From Candidatus Nomurabacteria bacterium (lineage in GTDB: Bacteria; Patescibacteriota; Minisyncoccia; Phycocordibacterales; UBA918): a DNA stretch of 64,000 nucleotides. Within the stretch, counting starts at the first letter, position 1. The number at the start of each line of letters is the position of its first letter. Location: NCBI GenBank assembly GCA_023898525.1, contig CP060227.1, positions 11,244 to 75,243 of the forward strand. The letters are read 5' to 3'. Below the pieces are notes generated by a model. That model had not been told where the DNA came from. It ran no database searches and was given only the letters and a program-made list of their open reading frames with translations. Both the position numbers and the translations under genes were made by a program. Below, one piece after another: positions 20,357 to 29,432 of this stretch.

Positions 20357-22204
20357 ATGTTGTACAACTTACTAGGGAATTCAAATAAATTGCATACAGC
20401 TGGGAAAATCACTATTCTAACTGCGGCTACCGGACTACTTATATTCATGTTTGCTTTTGTTTTTAATGCCGGAAAGACTGAGTTAATGAAAGTCGAGGCC
20501 CAAACAGCCACTACTACACTGACTGTTTTGAACACTCCTCCACAGTGGATTAGTACGACTACTGAAGAAGTTGAATCTTCGACTTCAACACCAACAAACT
20601 CTGGAGACGAAGTTTCCTGGATTGCTGTAGCTGACAACTCTGGCTCAGCTCCTTATTTTTTGCTGATATGTAGCACAAACGCAACCCCTACACCTAATGC
20701 CGCAGCTGATCTTGGGAGTTTAGGTACGGCACCGCCAGACTGTGGAGGAGGGGTACAATGGGGAGTTTCCACAGCAACGGCTGCTTTATCACAAGCTAGA
20801 GTAGCTACTACCACCACTGAGGCTATGTCGGAGAGTAATGACTGGTTTGCTTGGGTGTGTGACGACGATCCGGTAAATCCAAGGTGTAACGATACATATA
20901 CACAAGGTACAAATGCCACAAACTCGTCACCGTTTATAGTAAACCACCGTCCAGTATTTACTACGTTCTATAATAATTCTCCAGCTGATCCTGGCGTTAC
21001 TTTTGACTTTTTCTCTACATCATCGGATCCAGATGTACTTGGAGGTGATGACGCCATTAAGCTTTATGTTTGTAATCTAAACGATTTTGTTGCCACATCA
21101 TCTGATTGTGGTCCGGGGGGAACAATTGCCAGTACCACGATTACCATTAATGACAACGCAACATCCACCTACACATTACCGAGTGTTATACAAGATGATG
21201 TTTATGATGCATGGGGATTCATTATAGATGAACATGGTCATACAGCTTCTGGTGGTGCACAAGCCACGAATGTTGGTTTCACAGTCAATAACGTAGCGCC
21301 AACAACTGTTACTGGTAATGTCAATATAAATGGAGGAGTCGATATGCCACTAACAGTAGATAATGGTGAGACAACCGGATTTACTTTAGACTTTGAACTT
21401 TCAGATGCTAACAGCTGCCAGAATGTCTCAGCTGGTGACGAAATCACAAATTTCACTGTTGCTCTACAGAGATCTACGGCTGCCTGCGATGGTACATCTG
21501 CCTCTTATGATCCAAATAATTGTTATACGAATCAGGTCGCTACAACTACATGGAATTTGTCATGTACAGCGTCAAGTACTAGCTGTACCGGTGCTACAGA
21601 TCCAACCATGCGCTGGGATTGTACCTTCCCACTGTGGTTCGTGGCCGAGCCAACCGATGCTCCGTCTCCGTACGCTGCGAACGACTGGATTGCTGTTATT
21701 GCTGGCGTAGATGATAATAATGCTACAGGTACAGCCGCTACAGGAACTATTCCGGTAGAGCTACTAAGTTTCCCGGCAATTGATCTTCTGACAGCAGAAA
21801 TACCATACGGGGCACTTGAACCAGGAAACAACACTGGAACACTGAATGCAACTACAACCGTTCAAACGGTAGGTAATACTGGCCTTAACGAAAACGTTGA
21901 TGGTGATGCCATGTGTACAACATATACACCAAGTACACCATGTCCAACCTCAGCTACGTCTACTATTCCTGACTTTGAGCAAGAGTTCGGTACCTCGTCA
22001 GTGTCTTATGGATCTGGAACTAGTTTGTCATCTAGTACGCCGCAGCTAGTTCTGCTAAAGGTACCAAAGACCACTTCAACCTCTACTCCTAATTCAGGAA
22101 TTACATACTGGGGTATCAATGTTCCTTCTTCAATTACATTATCAGGTGCTTACACTGGCCTCAACACGTTTGCTGCAGTTGTCTCTTCTTCGACGGATTG
22201 GTAA
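20357..22204 (+). CDS. Thr/Ser-rich secreted protein (615 aa) whose C-terminal tail 'ITYWGINVPSS...GLNTFAAVV' is homologous to that of the giant protein.
   Basis: It has an N-terminal signal anchor. I aligned the C-terminal ~35 aa with the end of the 1..15803 product by eye (YWGINVP, then G...N.F.A). Confidence 0.65.
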   Translation: MLYNLLGNSNKLHTAGKITILTAATGLLIFMFAFVFNAGKTELMKVEAQTATTTLTVLNTPPQWISTTTEEVESSTSTPTNSGDEVSWIAVADNSGSAPYFLLICSTNATPTPNAAADLGSLGTAPPDCGGGVQWGVSTATAALSQARVATTTTEAMSESNDWFAWVCDDDPVNPRCNDTYTQGTNATNSSPFIVNHRPVFTTFYNNSPADPGVTFDFFSTSSDPDVLGGDDAIKLYVCNLNDFVATSSDCGPGGTIASTTITINDNATSTYTLPSVIQDDVYDAWGFIIDEHGHTASGGAQATNVGFTVNNVAPTTVTGNVNINGGVDMPLTVDNGETTGFTLDFELSDANSCQNVSAGDEITNFTVALQRSTAACDGTSASYDPNNCYTNQVATTTWNLSCTASSTSCTGATDPTMRWDCTFPLWFVAEPTDAPSPYAANDWIAVIAGVDDNNATGTAATGTIPVELLSFPAIDLLTAEIPYGALEPGNNTGTLNATTTVQTVGNTGLNENVDGDAMCTTYTPSTPCPTSATSTIPDFEQEFGTSSVSYGSGTSLSSSTPQLVLLKVPKTTSTSTPNSGITYWGINVPSSITLSGAYTGLNTFAAVVSSSTDW

Positions 22205-22231
22205 CTAGGCATTAGTGAATACATATTGTTT

Positions 22232-22275
22232 CAGCCGCTGTTATCCAGACAGCGGCTGTTGCATTTTATTGTTAT
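22232..22275 (+). terminator. Rho-independent terminator: CAGCCGCTGT-tatccag-ACAGCGGCTG followed by a T-rich tract.
   Basis: A perfect 10-bp stem with a 7-nt loop, then ttgcattttattgttattttt, lies immediately after the 20357..22204 stop. Confidence 0.7.
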
Positions 22276-22333
22276 TTTTCGGATAATTATATGTGTGTAT
22301 CAAGCACGAGTAATTTTTAAAATTAAAATATTA

Positions 22334-23239
22334 GTGGCTGCTTGTCTGCTGTTTTTTATGGTGGGCACACAAATTGCTAGTGCTGGTTTTGGTATTACCC
22401 CTCCATATGTTCGCAATACAAGTTTGACAAAAAATTCGACTTACGAACAACAAATACTCCTAGTTCGTGGTGACCCAGATGTTCCGCTAAAGGCTCAAAT
22501 CACGATAGATGCTCCGGAGATTCAGGATTGGATACAAGTTATAGAAGGTACTTCAATTCCGCTACCTCGTGGAGAGCAAAAGGTGCCCATGACAGTCCGT
22601 GTTGTTGTGCCAGATGACGTTGAGTTTAAAAATTATAAGGGCGTTCTAAGAATTAAAACCCTTCCTGATGACACGCAGGTGGCAGCGGGTGCGGTCAATA
22701 TTTCTCTAGGGGCACAGGTTGATATTGATTTAACAGTGATTGATCGAGAAATCAAAGATTTTCGCGTTCGTAAGATATCAATGTCTGACTTGAATGAAGG
22801 ACACAAGCTGGCCTGGCTCTATTTTCCAGGAAAGATAAAGTTTGGAATATTACTTGAGAATACTGGTAATGTTGATATAGCACCGTCAAAAGTTGAGCTA
22901 CGCATCTTTGATTTTTCTGGAAATGTTCTACTAGAGGAGACAGCTCAGAAGGGTAAGATTAAAAAAGTTGCACCATACTTGACTGATGAAGTTATAGCTG
23001 AAATACCAACTAGACTCCCGGCTGGCAATTACGTGGCTAGATACACTATTTATAACGATGATGAAATAAAACAAGAGGGTGAAGTTAGTCTAAGTATTTT
23101 GCCATATGGCACGCTGCAGGAAGCTGGTTTTGGTTTTGGTGGATTATCTCTCGCTCACAAAATATCTGTACTTCTACCAATCTTTATAATAGTAATTTTA
23201 ATTCTTTACTTTATACATAATCGTAGACGGTCGAATTAG
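22334..23239 (+). CDS. CscA-like (DUF916/DUF3324-like) surface protein: signal peptide, two beta-sandwich domains, C-terminal TM anchor and a basic tail (HNRRRSN).
   Basis: It is paralogous to 38526..39560 and 39511..41202. I placed the start at a GTG downstream of the terminator hairpin, because the annotated ATG at 22226 would have to be read through the terminator. There is a C-terminal hydrophobic stretch, ISVLLPIFIIVILILYFI. Confidence 0.5.
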   Translation: MAACLLFFMVGTQIASAGFGITPPYVRNTSLTKNSTYEQQILLVRGDPDVPLKAQITIDAPEIQDWIQVIEGTSIPLPRGEQKVPMTVRVVVPDDVEFKNYKGVLRIKTLPDDTQVAAGAVNISLGAQVDIDLTVIDREIKDFRVRKISMSDLNEGHKLAWLYFPGKIKFGILLENTGNVDIAPSKVELRIFDFSGNVLLEETAQKGKIKKVAPYLTDEVIAEIPTRLPAGNYVARYTIYNDDEIKQEGEVSLSILPYGTLQEAGFGFGGLSLAHKISVLLPIFIIVILILYFIHNRRRSN

Positions 23240-23245
23240 TTAGAT

Positions 23246-24355
23246 ATGAAACTGTATTCTTTCCTGTTTCTTTATCTCTTCTTAATTTTATTTACTGCAC
23301 CAATTACACTAGCAGTTACTGAAGGGACAGCAACCACAACCCTTACTCTAAGTATATGTGGTAATTCATTAGTTGACCCTGGAGAACAATGCGATGCACC
23401 TGGAGAGACTGGTGTATACAGCACAACCATTGTTGGAAGACAGTGTAATGCTTCATGTAATTTTGGCCCTTACTGTGGTGATGGTGTATTACAAACATTC
23501 TACGGCGAAGAATGTGACGACGGTAATAATGATAATTCAGACTTTTGTTCTGCAATCTGCAAAGTTGAACCAGCTGGATCGGGTGGTGGCGGTAGTAGTG
23601 GTGGCGGTGGTGGCGGTGGAGGCAGTAGTCGTGATCTAGGCGATACGCAAATTAGTGTAACTGGTATCGCCTACCCGGGTCGCACGATAAACATATTATT
23701 GGATTCAGAGCCGGTTGGAAGTGTTCGCACTTCAAACTCAGGTACCTTTGATTTTGCGACTGACGCATCACCCGGAACAGCTTCGCTTAGTTTTTGGTCA
23801 ACAGATGTTTCGGGAGTTCGCTCAATCACATTGAATACTACTTTTGATGTAACACAGGGTGCAATCACGAATATATCAGGAATTGTATTGCCGCCCACGA
23901 TTAGTGTAGCAAACCAAAATGTTAATCCCGGTGATATTGTTACTGTAACAGGGCAGTCGGCTCCAAACGCTACAATTGAGCTTCATGTTAATAATAGTGA
24001 GCTAGTTGAAACTGGTACCTCAAGTGCTGATGGTGTTTGGTCAATTAAACTTGATACTGGTAAATTACAGGTTGCAGAACATACCATTAAGGCTCGCTCA
24101 ATATCTAAGTCTGGTCAACTTTCTACTCCAAGTAGCTTTAGTACAGCCTTACAGTTATTTGTGGGCGTAGAAGGAAAGATGACCACTCCATCTGACCTAA
24201 ACCGTGACGGTAAGGTAAATTTAATTGACTTTTCAATCTTGATTTTCTGGTGGGGCTCAGATGGAGGTAACTCAAGTCCGTCGGCTGATATAAATGGAAA
24301 TGGTAAAGTAGGGATTGAGGACTTTTCAATTCTTCTGTTCAATTGGAGTGGTTAG
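23246..24355 (+). CDS. Secreted protein carrying Myxococcus-type cysteine-rich repeats (CGDG...GEECDDGN...C), a poly-Gly/Ser linker, Ig-like domains and a C-terminal dockerin (DLNRDGKVNLID / DINGNGKVGIED).
   Basis: It has a signal peptide. The Cys spacing pattern and two dockerin-type Ca-binding repeats at the C-terminus are visible in the translation. Confidence 0.65.
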   Translation: MKLYSFLFLYLFLILFTAPITLAVTEGTATTTLTLSICGNSLVDPGEQCDAPGETGVYSTTIVGRQCNASCNFGPYCGDGVLQTFYGEECDDGNNDNSDFCSAICKVEPAGSGGGGSSGGGGGGGGSSRDLGDTQISVTGIAYPGRTINILLDSEPVGSVRTSNSGTFDFATDASPGTASLSFWSTDVSGVRSITLNTTFDVTQGAITNISGIVLPPTISVANQNVNPGDIVTVTGQSAPNATIELHVNNSELVETGTSSADGVWSIKLDTGKLQVAEHTIKARSISKSGQLSTPSSFSTALQLFVGVEGKMTTPSDLNRDGKVNLIDFSILIFWWGSDGGNSSPSADINGNGKVGIEDFSILLFNWSG

Positions 24356-24567
24356 GAAGCATTTATGTTTTTACTCGAGGACTGTCTGCGTAATTGTGTA
24401 TAAGTTTATCTAATATTTCTTTCTTCAAGATACAATATAAAAGTACTTGTATTGGAGGTAACCAATTAGTGTTGCTGCGAATAAGGTCGCGATTGTTCGG
24501 ATACTTCAGCCGAGTATTACAGTGCAGGTATGTTTGCAGTGCATTATTTGATGCACAGTGTGGAGAC

Positions 24568-24605
24568 TGTTCATCGTATGAACATTTTGTTCATCTGAAT
24601 GAACA
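24568..24605 (+). promoter_or_regulatory. Tandem palindromic operator-like sites: TGTTCAT-cgt-ATGAACA and TGTTCAT-ctga-ATGAACA.
   Basis: Two perfect 7-bp inverted repeats share the same half-site and sit 3 bp apart, about 60-90 bp upstream of the 24660 start. Confidence 0.45.
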
Positions 24606-24659
24606 TGAAGTCGCGGCATGTCGAGTTCAGACTGCAGACTAAAATACAACGTAGAGCAT

Positions 24660-25808
24660 ATGATAAGAACGCAATCTTCGTTCTCATTGCTCCAAGCTAC
24701 TGCAGTACTAAGCATAATAGCGGTCATTCTTTGGTCGCTAGGTGCCCCTGGTATCCGTTTTGCGGAAGCTGCAAATGTCAATTCATTTACTGACACACTC
24801 TCGGATTCGGCACCATCAACAGTATCGAACCACACGATTACTTTTGTAACGCCGACCGGACTGGCGGCTGGTGAAGCAATCACACTGACTTTCCAGTCAG
24901 GATTTACAGGAATTGCATCACTGGTTGCTCAGGACCTTGACCTTTTTGCGTCAGGAACTGAAAGAACGCTTATTGATGGAGCTGCATCGGGTGCTAGCTG
25001 GAATGTAACCGCATCAGGTCAGGTTATCACTATTACAAGTGGTACCGATACTATCGGAGCTAACGCTACAGTCACCATTGAGGTCGGTACAAACGCAACG
25101 TCTGGTGGAACCGGTACTAATCAAATTAGTAATCCAACCACTGGATCGTACACGATTGATGTTGCGGTCGGTGCTAGTGACACCGGAACAACTATGGTTG
25201 CAATTGTAGATACAGTTACTGTTACAGCCGCTGTTAATACCATTTTCAACTTTACGGTTAATGGTGTATCTAACGGACTAACTGTAAACGGTACTACAAC
25301 AACCGGTACATCAACATCTACGACTGTACCTTTTGGTACTTTGTCAGCTGATACCGCCGCAACCGTAGCTCAAGATCTGGTAGTAAACACTAATGCCGCC
25401 AACGGCTTTATTGTTACTGTCCAGACTGACCAGCAATTAAAATCCGCAAATTTAGCAGATATTGATGGATTTGCGAATGGTGCGTTCACTACCACACCAA
25501 CATTTTGGTCCGGGCCATCTCAGACCATAGGTCAAGAAAATACTTATGGACACTGGGGTATAACGACAGATGATGACACAATCACTGCATCATTGACTGA
25601 CCCGTTTGATGTTGGTGGTTCTGGACAAAAATATGTGTCTGCTTCAACTACTCCAGTTGAGATTTTCAGAAATGATGGTCCAGCGAATGGTACTACTAGT
25701 GGAGTTGGTACAACTCGAGTAGGTTATACAGTTGAAGTAAGTTCACTACAGGAAGCTGCAGATGATTACACAGCTACGCTGACATACGTAGCAACACCAG
25801 TATTCTAA
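24660..25808 (+). CDS. Thr/Gly-rich surface protein (about 380 aa) with an N-terminal signal anchor and the C-terminal motif '...LQEAADDYTATLTYVATPVF'.
   Basis: I chose the start at MIRTQSSFSLLQATAVLSIIAVIL, the hydrophobic N-terminus. The C-terminal 25 aa align with the C-terminus of the 2,050-aa protein (EAGDYQTEIVYLAIPSF). Confidence 0.6.
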   Translation: MIRTQSSFSLLQATAVLSIIAVILWSLGAPGIRFAEAANVNSFTDTLSDSAPSTVSNHTITFVTPTGLAAGEAITLTFQSGFTGIASLVAQDLDLFASGTERTLIDGAASGASWNVTASGQVITITSGTDTIGANATVTIEVGTNATSGGTGTNQISNPTTGSYTIDVAVGASDTGTTMVAIVDTVTVTAAVNTIFNFTVNGVSNGLTVNGTTTTGTSTSTTVPFGTLSADTAATVAQDLVVNTNAANGFIVTVQTDQQLKSANLADIDGFANGAFTTTPTFWSGPSQTIGQENTYGHWGITTDDDTITASLTDPFDVGGSGQKYVSASTTPVEIFRNDGPANGTTSGVGTTRVGYTVEVSSLQEAADDYTATLTYVATPVF

Positions 25809-25932
25809 AATATTGGTACCAAGCTTGGGGTAAAACAAGAAACCTATCTCCCACCACGAGACGGGTTTTTTGTTTATCCTTTGCTGTGTACAGTCCTAAT
25901 AAGCAAGGAGGTAATTTTGTTATAATTTCAAA

Positions 25933-26985
25933 ATGATAAGAACATTAGCAGCTTTGCTTATTTTCATTTTTGCAACTCCGGTCGCTCTTGGGGCTACGTT
26001 ATATATTGACCCAGGAACAGCAACTTTAAACCGCGGTGATGCTGTTACGTTAGCTGTTAGACTGGTACCTGACAAAGATAAAGGGGAGTGTATAAATGTG
26101 GTAGATGCTGAACTCAAGTATTCTAACTCAATTCAACCCGTGGATGTATCAATTGGTCAGTCTATACTGAGTGTCTGGCTTGATGAACCGACGATCAATC
26201 GTGACCAGAATACAATTACCTTTACTGGTGGGATTCCAAATGGGTACTGTGGCCGGGTGAGTGGAGACCCAAGAATGACAAATATTGTTGCGGAAATAAT
26301 TTTTAGGTCACCCGGAATGCAGGTAGGTGTGTCAGCTGCTTCCAGTGAGGCAAAAGTGGAGTTCACACCCAAAACCCAACTTCTTCTAAATGATGGTCAA
26401 GGTACAAAAGCTGAGTTACGCACCTTAGGTGCAACCTTTGCTTTGACTAACTCAGCCAGTTCAACCGTATCGGACGTTTGGAGACAGAACGTTAAAAGTG
26501 ATACCATACCGCCCGAGGAATTTAGTATAGAATTAGTAAAAGATAATGATGGAATTGATTTTAATGGAAGATATTACATAGTTTTTACTACAACTGATAA
26601 ACAAACCGGAATAAGCCACTACGAAGTAATGGAAGAACCCCTCTCTAAGTTAAACTCGTTTACTTGGGGAGGCGCAGATGTACCATGGAAGAAACCAGAT
26701 CATGCAAATGTCTACGTATTAGAGGATCAAAGTCTTAATAGTACAATCCGCGTCAAAGCCGTAGACAAGGCCGGAAATGAATACATAGCTACGCTGGTAC
26801 CAGATGAGTCATTAAGAACTATCACCAACAATCAGATATTTAACTGGGCGATTCTCGTGGGAGTGATAATTATCCTAATTATACTTGGTGTCGTTGCTGT
26901 CATTATTTTACGCAGACGTAGAAACTCAGAGACTAGCGTAGATTCTGCAGACAGCAATGATCCTGATTTAACGTCAAGTAACTAA
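25933..26985 (+). CDS. Cohesin-domain-like surface protein with a C-terminal TM anchor and basic tail (ILRRRRNSE).
   Basis: It has a signal peptide. The N-terminal domain ('LYIDPGTATL..G..V.L.V.L....PINA/INV...L.Y...I..V') is paralogous to the N-termini of 26992 and 29429. The C-terminal hydrophobic stretch is AILVGVIIILIILGVVAVII. Confidence 0.6.
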   Translation: MIRTLAALLIFIFATPVALGATLYIDPGTATLNRGDAVTLAVRLVPDKDKGECINVVDAELKYSNSIQPVDVSIGQSILSVWLDEPTINRDQNTITFTGGIPNGYCGRVSGDPRMTNIVAEIIFRSPGMQVGVSAASSEAKVEFTPKTQLLLNDGQGTKAELRTLGATFALTNSASSTVSDVWRQNVKSDTIPPEEFSIELVKDNDGIDFNGRYYIVFTTTDKQTGISHYEVMEEPLSKLNSFTWGGADVPWKKPDHANVYVLEDQSLNSTIRVKAVDKAGNEYIATLVPDESLRTITNNQIFNWAILVGVIIILIILGVVAVIILRRRRNSETSVDSADSNDPDLTSSN

Positions 26986-26991
26986 TCGTTT

Positions 26992-28740
26992 ATGTGCAAT
27001 TTTTTTTCGCTAAAGCTACCTGAATTAATTATTCTCGCCGTTATCATTTTTTCTCTGCCTAACTTTAGTTTGGCTGCTTCACTTTATGTAAGTCCGGATA
27101 CTGGCGTATATGTGGCTGGTAAGACTTTTACAACCAAGATTGCTATAAACACCAACGGAAAACCTATCAATGCTGCTGAGGGAACACTGAAATTTAACCC
27201 TCAAGAACTGAAAGTATTGTCCATTAATAAAACAGGTTCAATTTTTAATCTCTGGGTCACTGAGCCTACTTTTTCTAATTCGGCTGGTACCATTAACTTC
27301 AGCGGTGGTATGCCGAGTGGTTACACTGGGAGTTCTGGAACTATTTTCAACGTAACCTTTACAACTACAGCAGCGGCTACAGCAAAACTGTCATTTACTA
27401 ATGGGTCAGTTTTAGCCAATGATGGAATGGGTACTAATGTACTCACAGGTATGAAGGGTGGTACTTACACTATACAGCCACAGACTTCACAGCCAGCTGC
27501 TGAAGTTGTTGAATACGTTCCTCCAGCTAATACTCCTGGAACTCCGCAGATAAAATCAACAACACATGTAAACGGGGAGTGGTCAAAGAATACTACAGCA
27601 GATTTATCTTGGACTATACCGGCTGGAGTCACAGCTGTTCGGACCAATTTAGATAATTCTCCCAACACCATTCCAACCAAAGTCTATGAGCCTGGGATCA
27701 GTCAAATAACTTTACCTAGTCTTGATCAGGGTATTTCATATTTTCATTTACAGTTCCGCAATTCTGATGGTTGGGGCAAGGTGGCCCATTTTCAAATAAA
27801 AGTTGATACAGAAAAACCACTTTCAGTTAATTTAAGTTCACCGGCTGATGCTGATTTTACAAATCCGGTTCAGCAAATAAAAGTTGAAGCTAAAGATGAG
27901 ACTTCGTTGGTCTATAGTTATAAAGTTAAGATTGATAATGAGGAGCCTTTTGATTACATAGACGAGAATAGAGAAGGTGTTATTGTTTTGCCACCACTTC
28001 TGCCAGGGTATCACTCTGTGATAATAGAGGCTTTTGATGAAGCTGGTAACGGTCTTGTAGCCACGCACTCTTTTACGATTCTAGCTTTCGACAAGCCTAC
28101 TTTTACTGAATATCCTTCCGAAATAAATGAAGAAGTAATACCGGTAATACGCGGATTGTCGAGACCAAATGCTGAACTGGAAATTTTCCTAAAGAAGTCA
28201 GGCGCAGAGCCGGAAACCTACAGTATTTTAGCCGATAATGGAGGTATATTTACATTCATACCTTCAGGCACATTAAGTGTTGGTGTTTATGAGCTCTCAG
28301 CTCGAGCAACTGATGAATTTGGCGCTCAGTCAGAACTTTCAGATATTGTTAAAATAGCGGTGCAGCAACCAGGGTATGTGAGGATTGGAAATTGGTTAAT
28401 TAGTCTTCTTTCTATTGTTATTCCACTCGTTGCTCTTCTAATATTACTAATATTATCAGTTCTATACCTCATTAATAGAGCTCGTCGCTTCAGAAGTAGA
28501 GTAGCTATAGAGTCTAGCGAAGTTACACAAATTGTAGAAAAAGAGTTAGCTGGTCTACAATCATTACTAGATTTCCATAAACTAAAGTTAGAACAATCAA
28601 GAAAGACAAACAAGCTTACAAAAGCCGAAAGTGGTATGATAGAGGAGTTAAATAAATCATTAACACAAGCCAAGACCAGAATCAGTAAAGAGGTAGCAGA
28701 TGTAGAGCAGGTAGTAAAAAGGAAGAAATCTAATAACTAA
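26992..28740 (+). CDS. Cohesin-domain-like protein with Ig/FN3-like repeats, a C-terminal TM anchor and a cytoplasmic coiled-coil tail.
   Basis: It has a signal peptide. The cohesin-like N-domain includes 'ASLYVSPDTG...PINAAEGTLKFNPQELKVLSI'. The TM is LISLLSIVIPLVALLILLILSVLYLI, followed by RARRFRSR. Confidence 0.6.
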   Translation: MCNFFSLKLPELIILAVIIFSLPNFSLAASLYVSPDTGVYVAGKTFTTKIAINTNGKPINAAEGTLKFNPQELKVLSINKTGSIFNLWVTEPTFSNSAGTINFSGGMPSGYTGSSGTIFNVTFTTTAAATAKLSFTNGSVLANDGMGTNVLTGMKGGTYTIQPQTSQPAAEVVEYVPPANTPGTPQIKSTTHVNGEWSKNTTADLSWTIPAGVTAVRTNLDNSPNTIPTKVYEPGISQITLPSLDQGISYFHLQFRNSDGWGKVAHFQIKVDTEKPLSVNLSSPADADFTNPVQQIKVEAKDETSLVYSYKVKIDNEEPFDYIDENREGVIVLPPLLPGYHSVIIEAFDEAGNGLVATHSFTILAFDKPTFTEYPSEINEEVIPVIRGLSRPNAELEIFLKKSGAEPETYSILADNGGIFTFIPSGTLSVGVYELSARATDEFGAQSELSDIVKIAVQQPGYVRIGNWLISLLSIVIPLVALLILLILSVLYLINRARRFRSRVAIESSEVTQIVEKELAGLQSLLDFHKLKLEQSRKTNKLTKAESGMIEELNKSLTQAKTRISKEVADVEQVVKRKKSNN

Positions 28741-28754
28741 TATAAATAATACCT

Positions 28755-29432
28755 ATGACAAATTTTTTCAGAAAGAACGGAATATATGTAGCAGGGGTTT
28801 TGGTAGGTATATTTGTAGTACTTGTCTCAGCACAAGCAATAACAAATCAAAAACTGAGCAGTCTTAGGTACCATATAGATAATGAAATTACTCTCCAGAC
28901 TGCCAAAGTCGAGAATTTAGCGAAATTAATAGGGAATGGAAAATCTAATGCTAAGGCTGAAGCACTGGTTAAAGCTTGCGCCTCGGCTGATAACGACCTG
29001 TACGAAAACCTTTTATCTAAGTTAGATAACGGTCTTGGACAATCAGACTTAAAGACACTAAACAGCTTATTTGATGAATGTGGTTATGTTTACGCAAACA
29101 GGAGAGCTGATATGGTCTATCAGTTTGAGTACGAGGTTAATAATTTACTTTTCTTAGTCCAAGAAAGGAATTATTTTGATGGAGAAAAGGTTGGCTTACT
29201 AGATAATTCTCTCAAATGGAATGAATTGCTTTTGATAGAAGATAATATCAGAGACAATTTTCTTGAGCTGGTTGTAATTCAAAAGCACATCATAACGACT
29301 CTACTTGCTGGAGAAACCAAGGATTCTTATGCGGTTCAAGCCTTACGTGAAGATGCTGAGGAGGTTCGAACTAACTTGTCAGAATCAACCAAAAAGGCAT
29401 CTACGCTAAGATCAGAACTTATAAAATCATGA
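28755..29432 (+). CDS. Hypothetical N-terminally anchored protein (225 aa).
   Basis: There is an ORF with an N-terminal TM segment (IYVAGVLVGIFVVLV). Its stop overlaps the next start (ATGA), which suggests translational coupling. Confidence 0.5.
   Translation: MTNFFRKNGIYVAGVLVGIFVVLVSAQAITNQKLSSLRYHIDNEITLQTAKVENLAKLIGNGKSNAKAEALVKACASADNDLYENLLSKLDNGLGQSDLKTLNSLFDECGYVYANRRADMVYQFEYEVNNLLFLVQERNYFDGEKVGLLDNSLKWNELLLIEDNIRDNFLELVVIQKHIITTLLAGETKDSYAVQALREDAEEVRTNLSESTKKASTLRSELIKS

Noticed and set aside
23581-23630. I considered whether the (GGT/GGC)n tract is a CRISPR-like or tandem repeat array.
   Set aside because: It is an in-frame simple-sequence repeat encoding a Gly/Ser linker inside a CDS, with no spacer or repeat periodicity.
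24506-24883. A minus-strand 125-aa ORF spanning the palindromic intergenic region and the 5' end of the 396-aa gene.
   Set aside because: It overlaps a better-supported + strand gene start and a regulatory region. It has no recognisable motifs, and every other gene is on the + strand, so it is probably a spurious antisense ORF.
24660-25808. I considered whether the 396-aa protein is a type IV pilin or a TasA/camelysin-like fibre subunit.
   Set aside because: The N-terminus lacks the G/FTLxE prepilin cleavage motif, and I could not align it convincingly with TasA. I kept it as a generic Thr/Gly-rich surface protein.
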